64,000 nucleotides of DNA. Source: an uncultured Thermotogae bacterium. Its GTDB lineage: Bacteria > Bipolaricaulota > Bipolaricaulia > UBA7950 > UBA9294. A program made the translations under genes and the position numbers. Positions 46,601-56,186 of this stretch are shown here, piece by piece. Position 1 is the stretch's first letter. Each line of letters begins with the position of its first letter. Where the stretch lies: contig CAYXLR010000002.1 in NCBI GenBank assembly GCA_964466035.1, forward strand, positions 67,206 to 131,205, read 5' to 3'. A model generated the notes under the pieces. The model made no database searches. It was not told the origin of the DNA and was given only the letters and a program-made list of their open reading frames with translations.

Positions 46601-49600
46601 ATCTGTGCGATCCCGACACCGATGGCGACGGGCTGATGGACGGCGAAGAGGAGGGACTGTTCGGTGCCGGGGAGGTGACCCCTACGGGCGTCTCCGCGAC
46701 AGTCGGGGCCGAAGGTGCGAGTCTCGGTGTGACCGTCCCCGCGCTCGATACCGACATGGACAACGACGGGTTGACGGACTACGAAGAGGTCAACGCGTAC
46801 CAGACCGATCCGACGGACGCGGACACCGACAACGATACCGTCTCCGACGGCGACGAAATCGCGACGTGGGACTCCGCCATCGCTGCGCGACTGGGAACGA
46901 CCGCTTCCTCCGACTCTCGAGACCACGCCAATCCTCGGATGGACGACACCGACGGCGACGGCCTGACCGACGACCTCGAGATGGAGTACGGCTGCAATTG
47001 CGGCCCCGGCGGAGGTGCGTCGCGGGATGGCTACGTCAACGACGACGACTCCGACGACGACGGCCTCCAGGACGGCCCCGATTCGCAGCTTCATCTCGCC
47101 ACGTGGGATCCTTCCGACTACGGCAAGGACGTCGATGCTGCCTCCGGAAACGACGGCGAGCTTCACGACGACAGCACGTGCGCGATCTGCGACGAGGACT
47201 CCGACGGCGACGGGTTGCTCGACGGCGAAGAGGTCCAGGTCGGGACGGACCCGCTCGACTGGGACACCGACGACGACGGCCTGTCGGACCGGGAGGAACT
47301 GCAGACCTACTTCACCGATCCGAACGACCCCGACACCGACGGCGACGGAGCGGCGTTGGAGTACGGTGCCACGTGCACCCTGACCGATCGGCCGACGTCC
47401 GTTCCTCTTGCTGGCTACGCCGGAGCGACCGCATCGACGAGCATCACGGTCTCACGCTACGAGCTCGATGGGAACACACCGACGTACACAGACGAGACGC
47501 AATCGGTCGAGTACTACGACGGGGTCACGCTCGGCTCGGACGGAATCGAGGCCGTCAGCCGTGAAGGAGTCTTCCCGTTCGACGATCTTGGGGATCAGTC
47601 CGACCCGCTGCAGAAGGACACCGACGGAGACGGAATTCAGGACGATGTCGAGTTCAAGCCGGGCTGCAACTGCAGCGGGGAAGGCGTGGAATCCGGACGG
47701 GACGGCTACGTCAACGACGACGACTCCGACGACGACGGGCTGCAGGACGGGGCGGAATACGACCGGTTTGGGTCGGACGACGTCGGCGAAGCCGGTGTCC
47801 TGCCCGTGCTCGGAAACGACGGGGAGCTTCACGACGATCCGGTCTGCTCGCTCTGTGATCCGGATTCCGACGGCGATGGGCTCCTCGACGGCGAAGAGAC
47901 GTTCATCGGGACCGATCCGCTCGACTGGGACTCCGACGACGACGGGCTTTCCGATCGCGAGGAGCTGCAAACCTACTTTACCGATCCGAACGACGACGAC
48001 ACGGACGACGACCAGGCCGATGGGAACGTCGCGGCGCGGGATCCGGACACCGCTCCTCTTCTGGACGGATTCGACGGAACGGAGGCGATCCAAGCGCTCT
48101 CGGACTGCGAAGAGGCGCTCAGCGGGACGGCGCATCCGCCGTTCGGGAACTGGTACGACGAGACCGACCCGCTGCAGCGCGACACCGACGGCGACGGCCT
48201 CGGCGACGCGATCGAGTTCAAGGTCGGCTGTAGCTGCTCGACGACGGGCTGGTGCGACTGCCCCGCGGCCCCTTGGACGTACGCCGATCCGAACTACTAC
48301 GGCGTCGTGTACGACCCGATTCGCGACGGCTACGCCAACAGCTCCGACTCGGACGAAGACGGGCTCCGGGACGGCGAGGACGTTTACGAGGATCTCGCAA
48401 AGGCCGACGTCGACTTCCCCGGGAAGGTGTTCACGATTCGAGGCGAGCACTGCACCGACCTACGCCTGCGCGAGCAGCAGGACGACGGGATCCACTCGAT
48501 CTGCGATCGAGATTCCGACGGGGACGGGCTCCTCGACGGCGAGGAATTCGCGATCGGAACCGACTGGCTCGACTGGGACACCGACGACGACGGACGCAAC
48601 GATTGGCACGAGCACACCGGCGGCGAGCAGGTGACGAGCGCGGACCCCATCCCGACGGACCCGTTCGATCCGGACACTGACGACGACGGGCTCCTGGACT
48701 CGGCCGAGGTGTTCGGATTGAACAACACGAACCCTCTCAATGCCGACACCGACGGCGACGGTCTATGCGACGGGGGAACGGGGACGCCGTACATGATGAC
48801 CTGGCCTACCGATCCGACGGTCCACGTCAACCCGATCTGCAAATCGTGCGCCGAGCCGGGCCTCGACGCTTGTGGAACCATCGTACGAGGAGGAAGCGCC
48901 GACGGGATCGGCGATCACCCGAATCCGCACGGATACGGTGAGGACAAGAACGGAAACGGCGCGTGGGATCCCGGAGGGTACGACTACTGGGGCGACGTGT
49001 ACGCCGGCGACGAGACCGATCCGAACCAGTACGACACCGACGGCGACGCGGACGGAGACGGCGTCGAGGTCCTCGGATTCTCGACGTCGCGCCAGAGCTG
49101 GATTCCGGCCACCGACCTGTTCGGTCGGCCGATCACGGTCACGTATCCAGCGTGCGGCTGCATGAATCCGCTCGATCCCGACACCGACGACGACCAGTTG
49201 GAGGACGGATACGAGGACCGGAACCACGACGGGAACTTCGACTTCCTTCCGAGCGAGTTCGATCACGAGGATCCGCTCCCGGGTCCGCCGATTCCGTATC
49301 CGACCGAGACGAACCCGTGCGATCCCGATACGGACGACGACGGGCTGACCGACTACGAGGAGCGCTACCAGTCGCAGGTCTACGTGCGCTACCCGGACCT
49401 CACCCGCCCGTTCAACCCGACGAATCCGCTCGACCACGACACGGACAACGACTGGATCCTCGACGGGCCGGAGGTGTTCTGGGAGTGCGTCGAGCTGGCG
49501 TACTGGACGCTCGACAACGACACCGACGGCCTGACCGACGAGGACCCGATCGACGGGATCGACAACGACGGAGACGGCTTGATCGACGAGGATCCGCAGG

Positions 49601-50142
49601 ACTACTGGATCCGGTTCGTCCCGATGCTCGACCCGACCAACCGCGACTCCGACTCGGACGGGTTCATCGACGGCCTCGACGACGATCCGTGCAACTCGGA
49701 GCTGATTCCGCTCCTGGCGCCGGTTCAGGCCGAGCCGATCGACACCGACGGCGACGGCTTCTCCGACGACGACGAGCTGCTTGCGGGCACCCATCCGAAC
49801 GACCCGGAGGATCATCCGATCCCGTATGTCGGGATGAACCTCGACCTCGACGACTGCTTCGACGACCGTCTGTGGCTCGAACCGACGATGTGCTGCGGAA
49901 TCGCCAACTCGGTGGTCATCGACCTCGACAGCAACGTCCTCGTCGACGTCCGGGTGCAGATCGTGCAGCCCCGCGACGTGCGGGTTGGCGACTACGACGA
50001 GGACGGACACGAGGACGACGCCCGCTACGTCGTCGAGTACGCGTTCGCGCTGTATCGCGTCGTCCAGCGACGGATCGTCGCGACGATCGACGACTTCGAC
50101 ATGGATCTCGTGATCGACGCGGTGAGACTCGACCCGAGATAG
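43678..50142 (+). CDS. Giant secreted/surface protein with N-terminal Ig-like repeats and dozens of thrombospondin-type-3-like Ca-binding repeats, 2154 aa
   Basis: It has a signal/anchor ([21 protein letters not shown]). Repeated Big_3-like modules are present (..TVTITGD..DPSVV..GTV.V.DG.GNTC......W.C.LT...AG.KTITA.Y.GD..F..S). From about residue 800, DxDxDG-type repeats are reiterated (DTDGDGLxDxxE, [10 protein letters not shown]). The start could be 43660. Confidence 0.85.
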   Translation: MKMNLRTNQMNDGVRHTGRDRKRCRTWYVLLLVCGLVLGLGLALSAQIPVTVAITGSDTEPSVVGEGYYVRFEVVRAAANPDSLNLYGTVTVNDGEGNTCSRTTTTGVFTDGWSWGCTLTTYTAGAKTITATFTPLNPAEFGSGSDTETHVVNRADTTVTITGDVPDPSVVNEAYEVSGTVTVDDPGSGSPTGTVDVDDGDGNTCSAAVALDGSWSCALTSTSAGNKTITAVYSGDDNFIGSTDTEDHEVTKRLTKTEVFCSDTPLVVNDTVTCTCTVSDISPGIPSVPTGDVSVSVTPNDEGSPASWGHTLVAGDGGQFTFTYTPDSAETTPHVFAAAYDGSAVHAASNVAECVTVDFDQQIIRRAVDIDVSVAPMAAYINEVVTIDIHVEDDTTAGTPGDLNGETVTLSTSSGTGVFETGAPGADHDETLDSNGDCTVSYTPGAFEAGTTTITVTFASPDPDPHPVFAEKSVTAQIDVELRPTETVLENACGPLLVNESCGFTVSVADIADAGTPIAPDGAVAITREPPLPGTATGVPTVIAVTGGATPGFTYTATSLNEEAGHELLVAVYAPDDGIHAPSSAGYAQPVQRRPTEISLSCSPTADGCDCSVTVADKPGNDPVASPPVGDFYILDDPDDILITWDPAEPFFKVASDDIYVNVAVKFEASDAVGVHLDSADAVGVDRTAFIEEDPGDGTTGATCDEGCGSGGFNIDALVTGINIAVETISYLQLGLDIVDIPVSLIPNPVWCAGLGVCSGSEVPIQEIIMAVTATAKAAMEGIKLEMERDWDGDGLPAIVEELLGTSDLSTDSDGDGMGDGDEISAAGGYAGGTRRPSPINEDSDGDTLKDGDEADIYNTNYCVADSDCDTLTDGQEVGTWSLPDIRDHANPGMQDTDGDGLRDDVEYYMNHSCPYVNDDDSDDDGLQDGYEDANLDGCWGGHTGDTLPWTCTGGITVGGSTTQASKTVDDWETDLCDPDTDGDGLMDGEEEGLFGAGEVTPTGVSATVGAEGASLGVTVPALDTDMDNDGLTDYEEVNAYQTDPTDADTDNDTVSDGDEIATWDSAIAARLGTTASSDSRDHANPRMDDTDGDGLTDDLEMEYGCNCGPGGGASRDGYVNDDDSDDDGLQDGPDSQLHLATWDPSDYGKDVDAASGNDGELHDDSTCAICDEDSDGDGLLDGEEVQVGTDPLDWDTDDDGLSDREELQTYFTDPNDPDTDGDGAALEYGATCTLTDRPTSVPLAGYAGATASTSITVSRYELDGNTPTYTDETQSVEYYDGVTLGSDGIEAVSREGVFPFDDLGDQSDPLQKDTDGDGIQDDVEFKPGCNCSGEGVESGRDGYVNDDDSDDDGLQDGAEYDRFGSDDVGEAGVLPVLGNDGELHDDPVCSLCDPDSDGDGLLDGEETFIGTDPLDWDSDDDGLSDREELQTYFTDPNDDDTDDDQADGNVAARDPDTAPLLDGFDGTEAIQALSDCEEALSGTAHPPFGNWYDETDPLQRDTDGDGLGDAIEFKVGCSCSTTGWCDCPAAPWTYADPNYYGVVYDPIRDGYANSSDSDEDGLRDGEDVYEDLAKADVDFPGKVFTIRGEHCTDLRLREQQDDGIHSICDRDSDGDGLLDGEEFAIGTDWLDWDTDDDGRNDWHEHTGGEQVTSADPIPTDPFDPDTDDDGLLDSAEVFGLNNTNPLNADTDGDGLCDGGTGTPYMMTWPTDPTVHVNPICKSCAEPGLDACGTIVRGGSADGIGDHPNPHGYGEDKNGNGAWDPGGYDYWGDVYAGDETDPNQYDTDGDADGDGVEVLGFSTSRQSWIPATDLFGRPITVTYPACGCMNPLDPDTDDDQLEDGYEDRNHDGNFDFLPSEFDHEDPLPGPPIPYPTETNPCDPDTDDDGLTDYEERYQSQVYVRYPDLTRPFNPTNPLDHDTDNDWILDGPEVFWECVELAYWTLDNDTDGLTDEDPIDGIDNDGDGLIDEDPQDYWIRFVPMLDPTNRDSDSDGFIDGLDDDPCNSELIPLLAPVQAEPIDTDGDGFSDDDELLAGTHPNDPEDHPIPYVGMNLDLDDCFDDRLWLEPTMCCGIANSVVIDLDSNVLVDVRVQIVQPRDVRVGDYDEDGHEDDARYVVEYAFALYRVVQRRIVATIDDFDMDLVIDAVRLDPR
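46360..48640 (+). repeat. Four in-frame modules of about 0.56-0.68 kb inside the giant gene
   Basis: Module heads are at about 46360, 46945, 47617 and 48181 (D.TDGDGL.DD.E....C.C....[18 protein letters not shown]). Each is followed by [24 protein letters not shown]...[28 protein letters not shown]. Confidence 0.75.
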
Positions 50143-50539
50143 ACACAGAGGAACGGCACAGAGATCGAGCGCCTCGCTAGTGGCTCCGCGGGGCGCTCGG
50201 CACTTGTAGGGGCGTCGGCCGTCTCCCGAAGGACGGTGGATCGCCTCGGGGAGGAACGGGACGTCGCGCCTCAAGCCGTAGGCGATCGCCTTCCCCAGTG
50301 CCTCGTAGCGATGCACGGGCGGAGGATCCGCGGTCCACGAGCGGCCTCCCACGCTGCGCCCCGGCCCGATCGATGGTGCGTGCGCGTCGTCGAAGGGGTC
50401 CTCACGGTGACGTCCGAAGGGAACGCATTTCCCCTGCGGGGCTCCCCGCGATCCCCCCGCTGCGAGCCGAACTGCGGCTACGCTCGTTTCGTACACAAGC
50501 CGACACGTGTGGATCGATTCTGAGGCAGAGGAGAGTGCG

Positions 50540-51490
50540 ATGAAAAGGGTGTATCTCGTAGGGCCGATCCTGGTTCTGGCTCTGGTTCTGCTGGCTGGCT
50601 GCATGCGCGTTCAGACGCTGGTCGTCACGCCGTTCTCCGGGATCGCGGAGGCAGGGGACACCGTCGCTTTCGCGGCGACGGATCAGCTCGGCAATCCTAT
50701 CGTGGTGACGTGGGCGGTCGACGCCGGGCCCGGCACCATCTCGGCCGCCGGTGTTTATACCGCCCCGGCGACCGTGGCGGAAGTTACGACCGCGAAGATC
50801 ACGGCGACCTACGGGGGTGTGACCGTGGTGACCGGCTCGGCGGTCGTGACGCTCGTCCCGCCTGCGACGGCGAAGATCGTCGATGCGGACGGCGACGCGT
50901 TCGGCCCGGCGACGTACGACGTCCACAGCATCTCGACGGCGCGGACGTCGACGGAACTGACGATCACCGTGGTCTTCGACTCGACGACTCCCCCCGACAT
51001 CCCAGCGGCGAGCGCTGTGGTCGCGGCGGGCGAGCTGGCGGGGTTCATCGACTTCGACACCGACGAGTCGAGCACCACCGGGTTCGCGTCGGCCAACGCG
51101 GCGTTTTGTCCGTGCGCGCCGGTCTCCGCGATCGGCACCGAGCTGTTCATCCCGCTGTTCCAGCGGAACGCGGCGGGCAACTACGAAGTCATTCTGGCGA
51201 CGACGCTCGTGGACGTGGGCGACGCGACGCCCAGCGTCTCGGGAAACGTGCTCACCCTGACGGTTCCCCTCGCGGACCTTAACGGCGACGACGGGATCAC
51301 GAACCTGAGCTCGGTCCTCGGCGACTTCCTCGGCCCGACGGACTGCATGCCGGACGAGGGGGCCGCGGTCACGACCTCGCTCGAGCCCAAGGGGGTCGAG
51401 CCGGAGATCGACCAGATCCACGAGTACTACCTGTGGACGAAGTACAACGAGTTCGAGTGGGGGGTTCAGACCGAGCCGATCACCCTTTAG
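50540..51490 (+). CDS. Lipoprotein with a Big_2-like Ig domain
   Basis: It has a lipobox (LVLLAGC) after MKRVYLVGPILVLA and a Big_2-like segment (TPFSGIAEAGDTVAFAATDQLGNPIVVTWAVDAGPGTISAAGVYTAP). The C-terminal domain is unknown. Confidence 0.7.
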   Translation: MKRVYLVGPILVLALVLLAGCMRVQTLVVTPFSGIAEAGDTVAFAATDQLGNPIVVTWAVDAGPGTISAAGVYTAPATVAEVTTAKITATYGGVTVVTGSAVVTLVPPATAKIVDADGDAFGPATYDVHSISTARTSTELTITVVFDSTTPPDIPAASAVVAAGELAGFIDFDTDESSTTGFASANAAFCPCAPVSAIGTELFIPLFQRNAAGNYEVILATTLVDVGDATPSVSGNVLTLTVPLADLNGDDGITNLSSVLGDFLGPTDCMPDEGAAVTTSLEPKGVEPEIDQIHEYYLWTKYNEFEWGVQTEPITL

Positions 51491-51619
51491 AGGTCAGGGT
51501 CCCCGCGAGCCGAGAGCGAGAGAGGCGCCGGCCCTCCGCTCGGCTTCGCTTTTTCGGCCGCTTTGTGTCGGCCCGACCGGTTTCGATCGCCTCACCTCTG
51601 CCGGTCGGTGGCGCCCGAA

Positions 51620-51649
51620 TTGCGATCCCCTACAGACTTTCCGTATAGT
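51620..51649 (+). promoter_or_regulatory. Candidate sigma70-type promoter for the hydrogenase-metVF operon
   Basis: TTGCGA (51620-51625), an 18-nt spacer, then TATAGT (51644-51649), about 60 nt upstream of the small-subunit ATG. Confidence 0.45.
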
Positions 51650-51711
51650 GGCGTGGAGCCGTTTCCACACGAGAATCGAACGGCGGGTCCGCCTCGAGGG
51701 AGGGTGAGACG

Positions 51712-52572
51712 ATGGCAGAAACTCGGGAGATGCCGGTGATCTGGATCCAGGCCGCCACGTGCAGCGGCTGTTCCGTGTCCGTGCTCAACTCGGCCGCGCC
51801 GAAGATCACGGACCTCCTCCTCAGCGAGGTGATTCCGGGGCGGCACATCAACCTCCGGTTCCAGGCCACGGTGATGGCCGGATCCGGAGAGCCGGCCGTC
51901 GAGGTCCTCGATGCGGCCGCGAAGGGCGATCCCGGAACGTACGTACTGATCGTCGAGGGATCGATCCCGACGAAGGACGGCGGCGTCTACGGGACGCTCG
52001 GCGAGGTGCCGATGGTCGACCGCGTGATCCCGCTCGCCGAGAACGCCGCGGTGATCATCGGGCTCGGGACCTGCGCGTCGTTCGGCGGGATCTTCGCCGC
52101 CGACCCGAATCCCGGGGGCTGTGTCAGCGTCGGCGATCTCCTGAGAGAGAAGGGGATCGATACGCCGTTGATCAACGTCCCCGGCTGCCCGCCGCACCCC
52201 GACTGGTTCGTCGGGACCGTCGCGACGATCCTGGTCGGGGGGGTGTCCGCGGTGAAGGTCGACGAGCTCGGGCGGCCGATCCGCTTCTTCGGGCAGCTGA
52301 TCCACGAGAACTGCCCCCGACGCGCCTACTTCGACGAGGGGAAGTTCGCCAAGCATCTCAGCGACGAGGGCTGTCTGTACGAGCTCGGTTGCAAGGGGAC
52401 GATCACCCACGCCGACTGCCCGCTGCGACGTTGGAACAACGGGACGAACTGGGTGATCGGCAGCGGTGCCCCGTGCAACGGATGCGTCGAGCCGGAGTTC
52501 CCGGACCTGATCTCACCGTTCTACGAGAGGCTCCCGGAAGAGGCCCTTCTGGTGCCGAGGAAGGAGTCCTGA
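51712..52572 (+). CDS. [NiFe]-hydrogenase small subunit without a Tat signal
   Basis: The N-terminus VIWIQAATCSGCS starts at residue 9. It carries GTCASFGG, PGCPP, HENCPRR, and CLYELGCKG...CPLRRWN...PCNGC Fe-S ligand blocks. There is no RRxF leader and no C-terminal anchor. Confidence 0.9.
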   Translation: MAETREMPVIWIQAATCSGCSVSVLNSAAPKITDLLLSEVIPGRHINLRFQATVMAGSGEPAVEVLDAAAKGDPGTYVLIVEGSIPTKDGGVYGTLGEVPMVDRVIPLAENAAVIIGLGTCASFGGIFAADPNPGGCVSVGDLLREKGIDTPLINVPGCPPHPDWFVGTVATILVGGVSAVKVDELGRPIRFFGQLIHENCPRRAYFDEGKFAKHLSDEGCLYELGCKGTITHADCPLRRWNNGTNWVIGSGAPCNGCVEPEFPDLISPFYERLPEEALLVPRKES

Positions 52573-52574
52573 CC

Positions 52575-54110
52575 ATGCGGACGATCGTCATCGATCCGGT
52601 CACTCGGATCGAAGGGCACCTGAAGATCGAAGCGACCGTCGACGACGGCGTCGTCGTGGAGGCGCGGAGCACGGGGACGCTGTTCCGCGGCATCGAGCTG
52701 ATCCTTCAGGGGCGAGACCCTCGCGACGCCCCTCGGATCACCCAGCGGATCTGCGGCGTCTGCCCGACGGCGCACGCGACGGCGTCGACGTTCGCGCTCG
52801 ACGAGGCGTTCGGGATCGCCGATCGGATCCCGGCGAACGGTCGGATCCTCCGCAACCTCATCCTCGGCTGCAACTTCATCCAGTCCCACGTCCTGCACTT
52901 CTACCACCTGGCGGCGCTCGACTACGTCGACGTGACGGCCGTCGCCGGGTATGAGGGGACCGACCCCGGCCTCCTCGCGGCGAAGGCGTTCCTCGGCCGC
53001 GGCGAGCTCGGGCCGTTCGTCCCCCGGTACGAGGGGGACTATCGCTTCCCGACCGACGTCGCGCAGCGGCTGGCGTCGCACTACGTGCAGGCGTTCGACG
53101 TCCGGCGGAAGGCGCACGAGCTCCTGGCGGTGTTCGGCGGGAAGATGCCGCACAACGTCGGGATCGTCCCCGGCGGGGTGACGCAGGTCCCCGAGGTCGA
53201 CACGATCGCCGGCTTCCTATGGCGGCTAAACGAGATTCGTCATTTTATCGATCACGTGTACGTCCCCGACGTGCTCGAGGTCGCCCGCGCCTACGGCGAC
53301 TACGCCGAGGTCGGCGGCGGTTGCGGGAGCTTCATCAGCTACGGGGGGTTCCCTCTCGAGAACGGCCGCTTCCTCGGCTCGGGGACGATCGCGATGGACC
53401 TCGCTCCGGAAGAGATCGGCGTCGGGAAGATCACCGAGTCGGTCCAGCATGCGTGGCTGGCGAGCGAGCGGGATCCACTGCATCCGTCGGAGGGCGTGAC
53501 GGTGCCCGATCCGTCCAAGGAGGGCGCTTACTCGTGGATCAAGGCCCCCCGCTACGACGGCGACGTGTACGAGGGCGGGCCGCTGGCGCGGATGCTCCTC
53601 GGGTATGCGCGCGGGATCGAACCGATCGTGGCGCTCGTCGATCGGGTGCTGGGCGCGCTCGATGCCGGTCCGGCGGCGCTGAACTCGGCCCTCGGACGCC
53701 ACGCGGCGCGCGCGGTCGAGTGCAAGGTCGTCGCCGACGCGATGGCCGACTGGGTCCTCGACCTCGTGCCGGGCGGCGAGGTCTACGCGCCGTACGAGAT
53801 CCCCGACGAAGGAGAAGGGGCCGGGCTGACCGCCGCCCCCCGAGGGGCGCTCGGCCACTGGGTCCGGCTGAAGGACGGAGCCATCGACCACTACCAGTGC
53901 GTCGTTCCGACGACGTGGAACGCGTCTCCGAAGGACGAGCAGGGGAAGCCGGGTCCGATCGAACAGGCGATCGCCGGGACGCCGATCGCGGACGAGGAGA
54001 ATCCGTTCGAGATCGTCCGGATCGTTCGCTCGTTCGATCCGTGTTTGGCCTGCGCCGTCCACCTGATCACGCCCCGAGGCAGAACGCTGGGGCGGTACGT
54101 GGTGAGCTAG
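52575..54110 (+). CDS. [NiFe]-hydrogenase large subunit, 511 aa
   Basis: It has RIEGH, the N-terminal CxxC (RICGVCPTAH) and the C-terminal CxxC (DPCLACAVH), followed by a 15-aa extension that is the expected protease substrate. It starts 2 nt after the small-subunit stop. Confidence 0.9.
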   Translation: MRTIVIDPVTRIEGHLKIEATVDDGVVVEARSTGTLFRGIELILQGRDPRDAPRITQRICGVCPTAHATASTFALDEAFGIADRIPANGRILRNLILGCNFIQSHVLHFYHLAALDYVDVTAVAGYEGTDPGLLAAKAFLGRGELGPFVPRYEGDYRFPTDVAQRLASHYVQAFDVRRKAHELLAVFGGKMPHNVGIVPGGVTQVPEVDTIAGFLWRLNEIRHFIDHVYVPDVLEVARAYGDYAEVGGGCGSFISYGGFPLENGRFLGSGTIAMDLAPEEIGVGKITESVQHAWLASERDPLHPSEGVTVPDPSKEGAYSWIKAPRYDGDVYEGGPLARMLLGYARGIEPIVALVDRVLGALDAGPAALNSALGRHAARAVECKVVADAMADWVLDLVPGGEVYAPYEIPDEGEGAGLTAAPRGALGHWVRLKDGAIDHYQCVVPTTWNASPKDEQGKPGPIEQAIAGTPIADEENPFEIVRIVRSFDPCLACAVHLITPRGRTLGRYVVS

Positions 54111-54118
54111 GAGGCGCG

Positions 54119-54577
54119 ATGAGAACCGCGATCGTCGGCGTCGGGAACGGCCTGATGAGGGACGAGGGGATCGGCGTTCACGTCGCCCGCGCGATGGCGA
54201 ACGCGGAGCTTCCCGAGGGCGTCCTGGTGGTCGACGCGGGGACCGATCCGGACGTCGCGTTCGACCTCGACGGATACGAACGCGTGATCGTCGTCGACGC
54301 GGTCCTTGGCGGAGGGACGCCGGGCACGGTGTATCGGTTCGGCGACGAGGTCGAATTCGACGCGTCCGGCGCCCGAAGGGCGAGCCACGACGTGAGGCTG
54401 TTGGAGACGCTCCGCGCGGTCGGACTGCCGGGGGAGGACCCGGAGATCGTCGTGATCGGGGTCGAACCGGAGAAGATCGATTGGGGGCTCGACCTGTCAC
54501 CGATCGTCGAGGCGTCGGTCCCGAGGGTCGTAGAGATCGTGAGACAGGAGATCAGGCGGAACGACAGGAGGTCCTAG
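54119..54577 (+). CDS. Hydrogenase maturation endopeptidase (HybD/HoxW family)
   Basis: It has the N-terminus IVGVGNGLMRDEGIG and is about 150 aa. GGAGG lies upstream. Confidence 0.85.
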   Translation: MRTAIVGVGNGLMRDEGIGVHVARAMANAELPEGVLVVDAGTDPDVAFDLDGYERVIVVDAVLGGGTPGTVYRFGDEVEFDASGARRASHDVRLLETLRAVGLPGEDPEIVVIGVEPEKIDWGLDLSPIVEASVPRVVEIVRQEIRRNDRRS

Positions 54578-55273
54578 ATGCTCGTGACCGAACGAAAACC
54601 GATCGACGAGATCGTCGGATTCCTCGCCGGAGAGCGCTCGGTCTTCCTCCTCGGCTGCGACGGGTGCGCGGCCGCCTCCGGCACGGGCGGGGAGCCGGAG
54701 ATCCTCGAGTTGAAGGAGGAGCTGGAGGCACACGGTACCGAGGTCGTCGGCTGGAAGGTCCTCGACTTCCTCTGCCAGAAGGCGCTGATCCGGACCAGCC
54801 TGAGGCCGTACGCGGAGACGCTGGAACGCGCCGATTCCGTCGTCGTCTCGACGTGCGGGATCGGCATCCAGGCGTCGGCGACGGTGATCGATAAGGCCGT
54901 GCATCCGGCGTGCAACACGGTCTCCCTCGGCGGGATCCGTGGCGAGTGGCAGGGCGAGGAGCGGTGCGCCGAGTGCGGGCAGTGCTTCCTCGAGTTCACT
55001 GCGGGAATCTGTCCGTTGACCGCCTGCGCGAAGGGGCTCGTCAACGGGCCGTGCGGCGGCGCGAAGGACGGACGGTGCGAGGTCGAGCCCGAGGTTCGGC
55101 GGTGCGCGTGGGACGTCATCTACGAGCGACTCGAGAGGCAGGGGCGGCTCGATTTGCTCCGTCGCAGTCCGGTGCAAGTCAAGGACCACGCGAGAATGCG
55201 GCCGCCGAGCGCGATCCGGGGGACCCGGACGTGGGCGATCGACATGAAGACAGCAGAGGACGCGACCTCATGA
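54578..55273 (+). CDS. metV: Methylenetetrahydrofolate reductase-associated Fe-S subunit (MetV, MTHFR_C domain)
   Basis: It is Cys-rich (GCDGCAA, STCGIG, CAECGQC, ICPLTACAKGLVNGPCGG). The ATG directly abuts the protease stop (TAGATG). Confidence 0.8.
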   Translation: MLVTERKPIDEIVGFLAGERSVFLLGCDGCAAASGTGGEPEILELKEELEAHGTEVVGWKVLDFLCQKALIRTSLRPYAETLERADSVVVSTCGIGIQASATVIDKAVHPACNTVSLGGIRGEWQGEERCAECGQCFLEFTAGICPLTACAKGLVNGPCGGAKDGRCEVEPEVRRCAWDVIYERLERQGRLDLLRRSPVQVKDHARMRPPSAIRGTRTWAIDMKTAEDATS

Positions 55274-56136
55274 AACTGACCGATCTGTTCCGTGCCGGCA
55301 AGTTCGTCGTCACCTCCGAGGTCGCCCCTCCGAAGGGAACCGAGACCGCGGAGATGATCGAGAACGCGGAGCGGCTGAAGCCGCGCGTCGACGCGATCAA
55401 CATCACCGATCAGCAATCGTCGGTGATGCGCCTCGGGTCGTTGGCCGCGTCGCGGATGCTGAAGGAGCGCGGGATCGAGCCCGTGTTCCAGGCGACGTGC
55501 CGCGACCGCAATCGGATCGCGCTGCAGTCCGATTTGCTCTCCGCGTGGGCGCTGGGGATCGAGAACGTCCTCTGCCTGACCGGCGATCACGTCACGCTCG
55601 GCGACTTTCCGGACGCGAAGGCCGTCTTCGACCTTGACTCGGTGTCGCTCCTCGCCGCGGCGAAAGGGCTCAATCAAGGGAGCGACATGGGCGGCAACGA
55701 GCTCGCGGGGAGTCCCGACTTCTGCCTCGGCGCCGTCGTCACGCCGGGTGCCGACCCGGTCGAGCTCCAGTTGATCAAAATGGGGAAGAAGATCGCCGCG
55801 GGAGCGACGTTCTTCCAAACCCAGGCGGTCTTCGATCCGGAGGCGTTCGCCCGGTTCATGGAAGGGGCGAAGGGGTTCGGCGTCCCGGTGATGGCCGGGA
55901 TCATCCTCCTCAAGTCGCCCGGCATGGCGCGGTTCATGAACCAGAACGTCGCCGGCGTTTCCGTGCCCGACGGGCTGATCGACGAGATGGCGGACGCGGG
56001 CGACCGCCCGGCGAAGTCGGTCGAGATCGCCGCGCGGCTGGCCCGCGACGTCAAGGATCTCTGCCAAGGAGTGCACATCATGCCGCTCGGCTGGGAGAAG
56101 CGCGTCCCCGAGGTGCTGGAGGCCGCGGGGCTGTAG
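55270..56136 (+). CDS. metF: Methylenetetrahydrofolate reductase
   Basis: MTHFR TIM-barrel text is present (FVVTSEVAPPKG, INITDQ, ATCRDRNRIALQSDLL, FFQTQAVFD). The ATG overlaps the metV stop (ATGA). Confidence 0.9.
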   Translation: MKLTDLFRAGKFVVTSEVAPPKGTETAEMIENAERLKPRVDAINITDQQSSVMRLGSLAASRMLKERGIEPVFQATCRDRNRIALQSDLLSAWALGIENVLCLTGDHVTLGDFPDAKAVFDLDSVSLLAAAKGLNQGSDMGGNELAGSPDFCLGAVVTPGADPVELQLIKMGKKIAAGATFFQTQAVFDPEAFARFMEGAKGFGVPVMAGIILLKSPGMARFMNQNVAGVSVPDGLIDEMADAGDRPAKSVEIAARLARDVKDLCQGVHIMPLGWEKRVPEVLEAAGL

Positions 56137-56186
56137 CGGGCGAAGCGTCAGAGCGTACTCTCGTTGTGTTGCCGGCGCCGGTGCCG

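Noticed and set aside
51712-51800. A Tat (twin-arginine) signal on the hydrogenase small subunit.
   Set aside because: I looked for an RRxF leader. The protein begins MAETREMPVIWIQAATCSGC, so the first Fe-S ligand block follows almost at once and there is no room for a signal peptide.
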